DNA from: an uncultured virus (IMG/VR IMGVR_UViG_3300037088_000381)
Taxonomy: Duplodnaviria > Heunggongvirae > Uroviricota > Caudoviricetes
IMG/VR virus record: IMGVR_UViG_3300037088_000381
Length of the DNA stretch: 64,000 bases
Strand: one strand, 5' to 3'
Shown here: one piece after another, positions 1-9,259 of the stretch
Layout: every line of letters starts with the position of its first letter
How positions within the stretch are numbered: position 1 is the stretch's first letter
Translations under genes and position numbers: made by a program
The notes under the pieces: generated by a model
Seen by the model: only the letters and a program-made list of their open reading frames with translations
The model's database searches: none
What the model was told of the DNA's origin: nothing

Positions 1-200
1 AAAAAACTTCCTGAAAATGAAATTGTAGACTTCCTTTTTCTTTAATAGTACAAGCGACAAGCAATCAAGCAATAAAAAAACTTCCTGAAAATGAAATTGT
101 AGACTTCCTTTTTCTTTAATAGTACAAGCGACAAGCAATCAAGCAATAAAAAAACTTCCTGAAAATGAAATTGTAGACTTCCTTTTTCTTTAATAGTACA
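1..200 (+). repeat. Tandem repeat, 74-bp unit, about 2.7 copies visible (may extend left of the window)
   Basis: CTTCCTGAAAATGAAATTGTAGACTTCCTTTTTCTTTAATAGTACAA starts at 7, 81 and 155; the copies are identical. Confidence 0.95.
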
Positions 201-235
201 AAACAAACAACAAACATTTAACGAAAGGTTTTATC

Positions 236-649
236 ATGTTTACACACAATTTTTCCGACTATGATTCTAGCGACACACTAACTAGACATAGTGACGTTCA
301 AAACCAGACAGAAGTTTTAACAATGCAAGGTCAAGGCATAGCAGTCAACAAAAAATTAAACACCAGAACAATTTTTATCGGTGGTCGAAAGCAAACAATC
401 ACAGCACAACAATACAATAACATACAAGCAAGATTAAAAGCCCGTGAAGAATTTACGAAAGATTTAAAACGAGAAACACCTTGTTTGTTCGGCGGTCGAA
501 ACAATCTGGCCAAAGTAACCAAGTCAAATTTTTCAAGCCCGGCAGGAAAAGACTTGTCGAAGGTTGAAACACGACACGCCATAAGAGAAGGTCTGGCCGG
601 GTCCCGTAAAGAGCAAATCGAAAAGCAATGGTCAAATCTAACCAAGTAA
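236..649 (+). CDS. Hypothetical basic protein
   Basis: 137-aa ORF with GAAAGG RBS, followed by a terminator. Confidence 0.7.
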   Translation: MFTHNFSDYDSSDTLTRHSDVQNQTEVLTMQGQGIAVNKKLNTRTIFIGGRKQTITAQQYNNIQARLKAREEFTKDLKRETPCLFGGRNNLAKVTKSNFSSPAGKDLSKVETRHAIREGLAGSRKEQIEKQWSNLTK

Positions 650-655
650 TTATAT

Positions 656-698
656 AAGCCCACGTCTAGACCTAGGTCTGGCGTGGGCTTTTTTATTT
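656..698 (+). terminator. Rho-independent terminator
   Basis: AAGCCCACG...CGTGGGCTT stem followed by a T-tract. Confidence 0.85.
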
Positions 699-881
699 AA
701 AGCAAACATAAAGGAGTCATTCCCCATGAAAAAGCAAAAACGATATACGCTTGAAGAAATCTACCAGACAGCATTAAAAGTAATTGGGCTTATAGTCGTA
801 ATAGCTTTTATGTGTGGATCTATGATTATACTTTTTGAAATTGCCATAGGAGTCATTAAACTTTAAAGAAAGGTGTCCATC

Positions 882-1376
882 ATGAACATCACGTACAATG
901 GCCAGACTGTCGAAGTCAATTCCGATCACGTTACAATCAATCTGTCTAGCACTGGCGGTCTAGAAATTAAGGCAATCAATAAGCCCGTCCATACCGAAGT
1001 CGTCCATCAAGTTATCAATACCGCTCCATTAACCCAGACAGTTCGGTCTGGAAATGGGCACAAAAGTTTGAAGGTCAGAGGTCTGGACGATGCCGAGAGA
1101 GATAAAATCCGACGTTTCTTTCTGGCGTACAATGGGGAGATTAAACCAGATGCTTGTGTCAGTCTGCATAAGACCATGAGTCCCGATCTGGCAATATTCC
1201 AGATAACAGGATTCGTGACCTACCTTCATGGGGAATGCCGAAAAGGTCTGGTTCCACTCCGTAACTATGCACGGTACGAAACTTATTTGCAATCGCATAG
1301 GGATCAATGGGCAACATACAATTCACCGAAGTACGTTTCCATGAGAGCTAAGAATCTAGACCCCATCTTTATCTAA
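882..1376 (+). CDS. Hypothetical protein carrying an unnamed ~90-aa domain (paralog of 1615..2157 and of the C-terminal half of 61154..62560)
   Basis: RBS GAAAGG; ATG at 882; manual alignment with the paralogs. Confidence 0.8.
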   Translation: MNITYNGQTVEVNSDHVTINLSSTGGLEIKAINKPVHTEVVHQVINTAPLTQTVRSGNGHKSLKVRGLDDAERDKIRRFFLAYNGEIKPDACVSLHKTMSPDLAIFQITGFVTYLHGECRKGLVPLRNYARYETYLQSHRDQWATYNSPKYVSMRAKNLDPIFI

Positions 1377-1511
1377 CCGCACAAGTAGTGATAACATCCA
1401 AGTACCCCTAACCAGTCTGGAGGATAGTATGTAGTGTGCTAGACGTCCAGGTAAATTCAGCACTCCCGACACCGGGAGCCGTTTAACCCAAGGAGTCGTA
1501 CCATGAATTAT

Positions 1512-1580
1512 TAAGGTGACGGCAGTCTCCCTCAGTCTGGGAGACTGTAAACCACAGTCCCAGTCCGAAGTCTGGGACGT
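1512..1580 (+). repeat. Structured intergenic element, copy 1 (two hairpins)
   Basis: TAAGGTGACGGCA-[stem]-TGTAAACCACAGTCCCAGTCCGAAGTCTGGGACGT, repeated at 2155-2234. Confidence 0.85.
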
Positions 1581-1614
1581 TTATCTACACACAATTTCTC
1601 AAAGGAGTCGTATC

Positions 1615-2157
1615 ATGAATCACACAATCACCATCAATGGCCAGACCATCACTGTTCCAGAAGGTATGTCCGTCAATCTCGTTGCAGGTGGAATCCAAAT
1701 CGTCCCGATCAATGCACCGACACATAAGACCGTTCGAGTACCCTTCGGTCAGAAGGTCGATACCAAGAAACTGTCTGGCGAAGTCAAATCCTCGACCAAG
1801 GCCAAGTCTGGGAAAGAGAAAAAGGTCTATGACAAGGACAATCCGTTCCTCACCAAAGAACAAATGGCCGCAATCAAGTCCTTCTTCCTCGCCAAAGATG
1901 GCCGAGTAACCAAGGGCGATGCCGATACCCTTGCCCCACAAATCGGTCTGGCAAAGGATGAGGCCGGTAAAATTGGATACCGCTTCAACCAAATGCGAAA
2001 AGCCGTATGTTACGGTTCAATCATCGTGAAAGACCAGGACGCCTTCGTGAAGAATCTCCAGACCGAAGGAAGCTACATCGCTAAGATGTTCTTTGACCCA
2101 AAAGTCATGGAAGCCCGTATCGCAAAACTTGCCGAAGCTGAATCGGTAAAATCGTAA
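1615..2157 (+). CDS. Hypothetical protein, paralog of 882..1376
   Basis: AAAGGAG RBS before ATG 1615; N-terminal TINGQT...VNL..GGIQI matches TYNGQT...INL...GGLEI. Confidence 0.8.
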   Translation: MNHTITINGQTITVPEGMSVNLVAGGIQIVPINAPTHKTVRVPFGQKVDTKKLSGEVKSSTKAKSGKEKKVYDKDNPFLTKEQMAAIKSFFLAKDGRVTKGDADTLAPQIGLAKDEAGKIGYRFNQMRKAVCYGSIIVKDQDAFVKNLQTEGSYIAKMFFDPKVMEARIAKLAEAESVKS

Positions 2158-2234
2158 GGTGACGGCACTCCCCCAGAGACTCCCAGGAGTCTGGGGGAGT
2201 GTAAACCACAGTCCCAGTCCGAAGTCTGGGACGT
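2155..2234 (+). repeat. Structured intergenic element, copy 2
   Basis: Same flanks as copy 1; the first stem differs in sequence but keeps its pairing. Confidence 0.85.
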
Positions 2235-2264
2235 AATCCAATAAACTTTTTAAAGGGAGGCTCT

Positions 2265-2627
2265 ATGAGCAAGGTACGTATCTTTCAAACCATCAACCGT
2301 ACAATTTCCGTCAAGCCTGGTCAAATCTATGCAGGAATGTCCGTTGAAGCATCTCAGGAAGCCCGACGCCTTGAGCAACGTAAGATCATAGGGGAACGTA
2401 TCAAGACGCTCAAGAACCTTACCTATGACACCCTTGCAGGTCAATACGTACCACAAGGTCGTGCCAAATGCCTGGATATATACAAAGACGGTCTGGAAAA
2501 GATTCGAGACCTAGGAAGAAAAGGAGGAGCCGATTACGACCACCTATTAACAGCACTGAAGTATACATGGGATTCAAAGGAAAATTTCCAAGAAGTCGAA
2601 ATGATCCTTACAGGACGAAACCTCTAA
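2265..2627 (+). CDS. Hypothetical protein
   Basis: GGAGG RBS, 120 aa. Confidence 0.7.
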   Translation: MSKVRIFQTINRTISVKPGQIYAGMSVEASQEARRLEQRKIIGERIKTLKNLTYDTLAGQYVPQGRAKCLDIYKDGLEKIRDLGRKGGADYDHLLTALKYTWDSKENFQEVEMILTGRNL

Positions 2628-2724
2628 CCACAAGGGGAAACATAATGGACCCATTCACCACTTCCTTCTTGACCATGATCCTTGGTTGTATGTTCTTTGG
2701 TATCCTCCAAGGATAATCTTTTAA

Positions 2725-2758
2725 TTAAGAGGGTATAGTTTATATACCCTCTTATTTC
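2725..2758 (+). terminator. Hairpin, probable terminator
   Basis: TAAGAGGGTATA...TATACCCTCTTA inverted repeat followed by Ts. Confidence 0.6.
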
Positions 2759-2776
2759 TCTTTAAAGGAGTCCACT

Positions 2777-2989
2777 ATGAAGAAACTCGGTACACTTGCA
2801 CAAATCAAAGGCACAGAACTCAGATTCTTACTGGCCGAATCATCAGTAAAAGCCGCCGTCCCTGGTATATGCACTAATGATGGTTGCAGCTACACCAGTG
2901 ACGTCGAACCCGATCAAGCCCAAGGATATTGTGAAGTATGTAAAACCCAAACAGTCTCCTCCTGCCTCGTTCTTGCAGGAGTTATTTAA
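2777..2989 (+). CDS. Small Cys-rich (Zn-ribbon-like) hypothetical protein
   Basis: AAGGAG RBS; CxxxxC and CxxC motifs. Confidence 0.7.
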   Translation: MKKLGTLAQIKGTELRFLLAESSVKAAVPGICTNDGCSYTSDVEPDQAQGYCEVCKTQTVSSCLVLAGVI

Positions 2990-3047
2990 ACGGTCTGGCC
3001 CAGAGATTCTCTGGGCCTCTTCCCCCACCATAAAGAAGGGATTATCT

Positions 3048-3566
3048 ATGAACTGGAAATCATCACTAGCAAAACGATGTTTACCTTTAAACATCGAACC
3101 TACAGTGGAAGATACCAAAAACAAAGTAACCTTCTACTGTCCTATCGAACCTAAAGGCGTAGACAAAGCTAACCTTCTTAGAATCCTTCCCATGACCTGG
3201 GCATACGATTTTCAAATCTCTCCCAAGCCACAAACAATATTAGACCTCAGAAAGTTTCTCGAAAGGGAAGAAGGATTCAACCTTACATCGTCAATTTTAG
3301 ATAACCCCAAAATTCACTTGCCCGAAACAGTCGAACCAAGAACCTTACGAGATATTAACAACCTCCTTGCAAGTGATGGTTATTATCAATACTGGTCTAT
3401 CTTTATAGGTGATAATGAAACCCCGTACTTCTTAAAGGATGAACAGATAAGATTAAAGATGGACAAAGAAGTCAAACGAGATACACCTATAAATCAGGAT
3501 GATATTCTGAACCTCACTATCATGCTCGAAACTATGGACGTAAACGAATTTATCAACAGCTTATAA
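3048..3566 (+). CDS. Hypothetical protein
   Basis: Probable start MNWKSS within ORF 2877..3566. Confidence 0.6.
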   Translation: MNWKSSLAKRCLPLNIEPTVEDTKNKVTFYCPIEPKGVDKANLLRILPMTWAYDFQISPKPQTILDLRKFLEREEGFNLTSSILDNPKIHLPETVEPRTLRDINNLLASDGYYQYWSIFIGDNETPYFLKDEQIRLKMDKEVKRDTPINQDDILNLTIMLETMDVNEFINSL

Positions 3567-3582
3567 TAAAGGAGGCACTACC

Positions 3583-3798
3583 ATGTTGGAAGAACTCGAA
3601 ACCGAAGCCAATAAGATAGACTCCAGTCGTCTCACCTTACTAACTACCCAGGAACTCCAGACCCTCCTTGCCTATGCCTACTGGAAGGATGGTTGTGATG
3701 ATAAAGAATTCCTTACCATGATAAAAGATAATACAGAAGGATCTTCTTCCCAAGAGATGACTAATATCCTCCATCAACAATTCGGATACAGCCTATGA
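3583..3798 (+). CDS. Hypothetical protein
   Basis: AAGGAGG RBS. Confidence 0.65.
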   Translation: MLEELETEANKIDSSRLTLLTTQELQTLLAYAYWKDGCDDKEFLTMIKDNTEGSSSQEMTNILHQQFGYSL

Positions 3799-4058
3799 GT
3801 GAAACCTTACAGACTACAGGTAAAGTTTCATTCAAAAGATACCAGTGCAAAGATTGCGGTAACATAGTCGAACTCTCCACCAATCACTACGGAGAAATCT
3901 ACCCAACGTGTAGAAAATGCGGATGGAAACACCCCGACAGTCTGGGACAGGTACACACCTGTCTGGAACCTGTCCCGTCTGGATGGTCTGTCCCGAAACC
4001 CTGGACAAGTATAAAACTCAATGACCTGATTAAAATATTAGGTTGCACACACCATTAA
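3795..4058 (+). CDS. Zn-ribbon hypothetical protein
   Basis: CKDC and CRKC motifs; ATGA overlap with the upstream ORF. Confidence 0.7.
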   Translation: MSETLQTTGKVSFKRYQCKDCGNIVELSTNHYGEIYPTCRKCGWKHPDSLGQVHTCLEPVPSGWSVPKPWTSIKLNDLIKILGCTHH

Positions 4059-4071
4059 GAAGGAGTATCAC

Positions 4072-4761
4072 ATGGCCAATGTATGCAATTGTTATTTCGA
4101 AATCACTGGCCCTACAAATCAAATACAAGACCTCGGTAATAAAATCAAGACCCAGGACCCAGGTCTGGTAGGGATAGGATCTCCCAATGAAACCCCCAGA
4201 CCCATCTTCTACTGGTTCGGTGAATCTAATAACAGAAGATGCTACGGTCTGGTAGACAGTCCAGAGGACATTTTCTTAGAAGACCAGTTCATCGGTCTGG
4301 ATCTCTGCACACCCTGGAGCCCACAACACGATGACATAATATACCTATCCAAAGCTTATCCCGATTGCCTGTTCCGAGTCAGGTACGAAGAGTCTGGTTG
4401 TGAAATGTATGGCATTTCCTCCTACCTTAATGGAATACTTTCCGAACAAGTGGATATGTCCCAAGAAACTTACCTGGATAACTATGATGAAGAATACAAT
4501 GAAGCTGTAGCTTCAATTGAGGATGTGGATTATGAAAGCTTCCTCAAGAATATCCACCTCATAGATACCTTGGAAGATGATCCTGAAACTTGCAGGTATC
4601 CCGGTCTGGTAGAAAAGCAGTATCTTAAAAGATTATTAGATAAACATCTCCCCTTACTCCTCGCTCATAAATGGTTAAGTAAAACAAACCAAGATACATT
4701 TGAGCGACGTCTTAAAGGGGAACCTAAACCCTTAGCTAAGTCAGCAGAATGGACAGAATAA
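4072..4761 (+). CDS. YubB/DUF1281-like ferredoxin-fold protein with C-terminal LPLL tag
   Basis: N-terminal MANVC.C...I.G and TPWSP...LSK.YP...F...YEE.G motifs. Confidence 0.6.
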   Translation: MANVCNCYFEITGPTNQIQDLGNKIKTQDPGLVGIGSPNETPRPIFYWFGESNNRRCYGLVDSPEDIFLEDQFIGLDLCTPWSPQHDDIIYLSKAYPDCLFRVRYEESGCEMYGISSYLNGILSEQVDMSQETYLDNYDEEYNEAVASIEDVDYESFLKNIHLIDTLEDDPETCRYPGLVEKQYLKRLLDKHLPLLLAHKWLSKTNQDTFERRLKGEPKPLAKSAEWTE

Positions 4762-4762
4762 T

Positions 4763-5035
4763 ATGACCGAAGTAGAACATGAAATTAATACAGCCTCAAT
4801 TATAGGAACCCCGTACAAGGTTATCCTATTCAACGATGATGACCATGATATGCTCCAAGTAACCAATCAAATATCCAAGGCCATTTCCTGTGATGATACC
4901 AAAGCATATCTTATTATGCTCGAAGCTCACAAGAACGGTAGAGCAATAGTCTATACAGGAAGCCGTGAAAAATGCGAACACGTAGAAACAATACTGGCCG
5001 AGATAAGGTTGGGAACTAAGATCGAACCTGCATAA
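4763..5035 (+). CDS. clpS: ATP-dependent Clp protease adaptor ClpS
   Basis: YKVILFNDDDH, A..IMLEAH..GRA.V..G..E..E signature. Confidence 0.9.
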   Translation: MTEVEHEINTASIIGTPYKVILFNDDDHDMLQVTNQISKAISCDDTKAYLIMLEAHKNGRAIVYTGSREKCEHVETILAEIRLGTKIEPA

Positions 5036-5093
5036 GACTACCCTATCAAAAGTAGATTGCTTATAATCTATTAATAGACCAGTAAAAGACTCT

Positions 5094-5121
5094 GTTAACT
5101 CAAAAATAAATTTGAGTTAAC
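5094..5121. promoter_or_regulatory. 28-bp palindromic site, copy 1 (GTTAACTCAAA-N6-TTTGAGTTAAC)
   Basis: Perfect 11-bp arms; five copies in the window. Confidence 0.85.
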
Positions 5122-5143
5122 CAATTTCTCGAAAGGACTCTCT

Positions 5144-5569
5144 ATGAAGACAGATAAACCTAGTATCAATGTAATCGTTACCCGGTCTGGCCAGTTCAGG
5201 GCACGTATAGATGTACCCAATGAACCTCCCTATGAAGTAACCGTAGGTGGTGTTATGTGGAAACTAGGTAAAGGAAAAGAATATAAAGATGCCATACTAG
5301 CAAGATGCCTTCTCATTACACAAAGATTAATTGCTACCCTCATGATAGAAGCTACTAAAAATCCCGGTCTGGTAACCCTTCCAGAAAAACACAATTGCTT
5401 AACATGCAGTGTCCAGGGCAGTACAACTCAAAAATGTTGTCGTGAGTGTGTTGATTTTTCAAACTGGTGTCCCAGTCTGGAGGTAACCCCCTCGATTTCT
5501 GGCCCGATTCCAGAGGACGGGAACGAGAAATCTATACCCAAGAATGATTCAACCGCCATTTTCCCTTAG
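5144..5569 (+). CDS. Hypothetical protein with Cys cluster
   Basis: GAAAGG RBS, 141 aa. Confidence 0.6.
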   Translation: MKTDKPSINVIVTRSGQFRARIDVPNEPPYEVTVGGVMWKLGKGKEYKDAILARCLLITQRLIATLMIEATKNPGLVTLPEKHNCLTCSVQGSTTQKCCRECVDFSNWCPSLEVTPSISGPIPEDGNEKSIPKNDSTAIFP

Positions 5570-5688
5570 TGAAACGCAAGACCAAGGCCTCGGTATGGGA
5601 AAAATATATCTCAGAAAGGTCTGGTTCGAGACTGGATCTCGGTCTGGGTCATTGCTCATAGCATTTCAATTTCTCAGATTAATACCCA

Positions 5689-5716
5689 GTTAACTCAAAA
5701 ATATTTTTGAGTTAAC
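5689..5716. promoter_or_regulatory. 28-bp palindromic site, copy 2
   Basis: GTTAACTCAAA AATATT TTTGAGTTAAC. Confidence 0.85.
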
Positions 5717-6107
5717 GAATTTCATTTCCATTACAAGGCCCAGAAAATCGGGGATCAATACTAATATTTTGGAAGTCACTTTCCAGAATCAAGACCGAGA
5801 ACTGGGCACTTTTTCTGGGTGAAACATATTTTCATTATTTTACCCTTGAAGATTCCCAGGTCCCGGCCTTGATGAGAGTATGGTAAGTAGTATGGGAGAG
5901 TATTAGGTAGTGTAATTGGATTATGTGATCTGGAAATGAGATTGTAATAGATATAACGAAAGGATAACATGAGTAGCCATAGTAAGAGCAATGGAATCTA
6001 TATCTCTTGGAAATATATAATCCTATTAGCCTTGATCTTCTTCCTTCCAAGTCCTTGGAAGTGGGTATTGATAGCAGTAGCTATAGGAATGATACTACTA
6101 AGGGATG

Positions 6108-6135
6108 GTTAACTCAAAAAAATATTTGAGTTAAC
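6108..6135. promoter_or_regulatory. 28-bp palindromic site, copy 3
   Basis: GTTAACTCAAA AAAATA TTTGAGTTAAC. Confidence 0.85.
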
Positions 6136-6167
6136 TTCTATATAGGGAGTAATAGAAGTAATAGTTG

Positions 6168-6195
6168 GTTAACTCAAAAAAGATTTTGAGTTAAC
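6168..6195. promoter_or_regulatory. 28-bp palindromic site, copy 4
   Basis: GTTAACTCAAA AAAGAT TTTGAGTTAAC, 60 bp after copy 3. Confidence 0.85.
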
Positions 6196-6304
6196 AGGAA
6201 TAGTGTTACAGCCGTAAAAAGTGAAAAAGTATGTCTGTCAAAAAAGTTGGGTGTGATATTAAAAATTAAACGGAGCGCCCAGAAAGTAGAAAGAGAAATA
6301 CCCT

Positions 6305-9040
6305 ATGCACAATAAACCAGTACCAGTGAAGTATCTAAGACCTAACAAGGAAGGATATTCAGTGAGGATATACCAGGCATTACCGCCTAACTACCCAAGG
6401 ACTATAGAGCCATTGGGTAAGAATGTATTGCTCTGTATGGAGCATAAGGAGCGGATGACTTACATAGCATCTATTAATGTGTGGGCATGTCCACACTGTA
6501 CTAATGGAGGTATAAACATAGCATCGGTTCCCAGGGCCTTGGCTCTGGAGCAGTGTGATATAGTTGCTTAAAGTAATAGGTAATAAGGAGGGAAGGAATA
6601 TGGCTAAGTATTTAGTTAGTGTACAGAAGTGTATGTATAGTACAGGTAAGGTTGAAGTTGAGGCGGATAATGAAGTGGATGCGATTGATGATGTACAGGA
6701 GAGGATTAATAAGGGGGAGTTACAGACGACGGGAGTTGAGTGGGGAGATATGGTGTATGAGGATTGTTCATTTGGTACGACGGGGGATGTAGACTAACCT
6801 TTATAAAGTAGGGGAGGTGTTCTATGGTAAGTGTAAGTTATGTAGAGTCACCAGTAGCGGTTAAGTTTTGTACTACGGCGATGGAGAAGAAACCTGAGAC
6901 GGATAACACACGGTTACTTGAGAAGGTCTGGAGTAAGGTTCCGTTGAGTAGGGAAGAGAAGGATAGGGTTGCTTCGATACTGTATGGGACGTTTAGTAGT
7001 CATACATCTACGTATAAGTTAATGGGATGGGCATGGGTGATGTCGTATAGTTTGAAGCGTATCCTTGTGTCGTTCACCTATGATGAGGGGGTATTTAGGA
7101 CGTTTTATGCACCAGATAAGACCTCCTTACGGAAGGTATTGAGTAGTGTAGCAGAGATGATAGAGCCTAAGCAGGAGGTTCTATGAAGTATGTAGTGATA
7201 GTTTATGGAGTATCGATGTTTGATAGTGAGGATGAGTTAGTAGCTGGGAGGTATGCTACGTTATTAAAGGAGTCAGGTTGGAAGGGTGTCTCTATAAAGG
7301 AGGAAACACTATGAGGAACATAGAGAAGTTATCGTGGGGAGATTTTATAAAGCAGTATGATGAGAGTGTTCGTAAGCAGATAGCGGAGTATAGGAATCGT
7401 CCCGGAGTGTCTGGGGTAGCGACTTTGAAGTGTGAGGTAATGGATTCGAGTAGGTTTGGAACTGAGACTGCTTTGATCTATGGGCCTGGTTGTACGTATA
7501 AGACTTTGGATGACATGGTACGTAAGCAGGGTGGAATGGGGATATACATAACGGGTTCACCATCATCGGCGTCTTTTGTGTATAATCATACGGAGGATAA
7601 GCCGTTATGAAGACAGGGCGTGGTGTAGTAGAGAAGGTTGTTAATGGTGATCTATTGGGCTACCTTGTAACGATACCTTCTGATGGGATGTATTTCTTAC
7701 GTAATGGGGATATAACGGATAAGGATGTAGGTAAGAAGGTATTGGTGGACTATGAGCCTGGTCATTTTCTTTGCACGTTTGTTTCCCGAACGGAGGGTTA
7801 ATATGAAGAGGAGTAGAGCCATAACAAAGGATAGGAAGCTAACCTTTGTCGATCAGATAATTGTTCAGGATGAGATAAAGACATTGATGAACAGTTGTGT
7901 TGAGGGTTATGATGGTACGTGGGATTGTACGACTGATGAAGGACGTGAAGGATTTAAGGCGATGTATTATGGTCTGGAGAAGATGGCGAAGCGGTTGAAG
8001 GTGGATGGTACGTTGGATGTGAAGCCTATATGAGTGGGGAAGTTAAGACGGTGCTTGAAGCTTTATCGTTTGCCCGTGACCAGATCAGGTCTGAGAATGA
8101 CCTAATGAGGACTGTAGGGTTGGTGATGTTGGATAGGATTATATTAGAATTGGGATCTGGTAAGTGTGTACGGGACAAGATTGATTTCAACACGTAGGGA
8201 GGGACGCCATGAAGAAGAGGGGAGAAGGGGTAGTAGTTAGGACTGTAGGTAGTGACATCTATGATTATGCGGTGTCGATGGATGAGGGGAACTTCCTTAT
8301 AACGAACGGGGATGAGGAAATTCGGGAAGAGGATATAGGTAAGCGTATCATCGTGAACTATGAACCTGAGTGGCCTTGTTGCCAGTTTGTATGCTTCTAC
8401 AGTGAAGATAAGAAGGAGCCAGAGGTTGACTCTTGTGATAATTGTGTTGAGAGATTAACAGGAGTAGCTGGTTCATCGTGTGATGGTTGTCCCAAGAGGA
8501 TATAAGTAATCACTTTTATCGAAAGGTATATAAGATGAAAGCAATTATTGGTTGGTGTTGTACGATTGTGGTGTTTGTGTTTGTCCTGATGTTGTTTATT
8601 GATAACAAGTACAACCACAAGATGCAGGGTCATGTGTCTCTGGCATGTAGTCAGGCGTCGAAGGAAGCTTCGATAGAGGCGACTAATGTTAAGCGGAAGT
8701 TTATTAACTTCATAGATAAGAAAAAGTAGTAATTTATTTCGGCGGGTTAATAATATATAAAGGGTACTGGATGGCCGGTATCCTTTTCATTTAACAAGGA
8801 GTGTTACCCATGCCAACAATAGTACAAGACCACAAGAAGAACTTCGAGACGTTAAAGAAAGCATTTAAGAATGGTGCTGTATGTTTGATGGATTGTGTTG
8901 AGAAGTGTAGTGGGGAACACGTAGCGGTTATATGTACTTCGATGCCTCAAGAGGATGGAGGGATGGTATTTGTTCCCTTTGCTCGATTCTTTAATGGTAA
9001 TCCATACAGTCAGTTGATACCACCAGGGGATAACACATGA
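6305..9040 (+). other. Cluster of short hypothetical CDSs (6305, ~6600, 6824, ~7311, 7607, ~7803, 8209, ~8535, ~8810)
   Basis: Tightly packed plus-strand ORFs, most with GGAG RBS; 7607..7801 and 8209..8505 are paralogs. Confidence 0.65.
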
Positions 9041-9208
9041 AGACTCTGATTAAGTTAGCGGTTTACTTTCTTTCTCGAATATTATACATCTTGTTTGGGT
9101 TACTTGCCTTGGGCATTGCCATTGTTTCATTTATATTAATTAGGTTGAAGACTCTATAGTCGTTGGCAGTATGCTTTCTGTTTAATAATTTCCCAGTAAT
9201 CTACCGTG

Positions 9209-9236
9209 GTTAACTCAAAATAAAATTTGAGTTAAC
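9209..9236. promoter_or_regulatory. 28-bp palindromic site, copy 5
   Basis: GTTAACTCAAA ATAAAA TTTGAGTTAAC, just upstream of the RBS of 9260. Confidence 0.85.
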
Positions 9237-9259
9237 CTATTTCATATAAGGAGGTCTTT

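Larger units (their letters stand above)
5570..6300. other. Candidate replication origin region
   Basis: Largest gap lacking a convincing plus-strand ORF; plus strand switches from C-rich to G-rich near 5.85 kb; contains three of the palindromes. Confidence 0.55.

Noticed and set aside
1..200. 74-bp repeats as a CRISPR array
   Set aside because: The units are identical end to end with no unique spacers
1512..2234. Repeated element as an integron attC site or a known riboswitch (e.g. fluoride)
   Set aside because: It lacks RYYYAAC/GTTRRRY ends, and I could not match a riboswitch consensus by eye
5094..9236. 28-bp palindromes as canonical dif/Xer or invertase sites
   Set aside because: The arms do not resemble the XerC/XerD consensus, the cores differ between copies, and no recombinase is recognisable in the window
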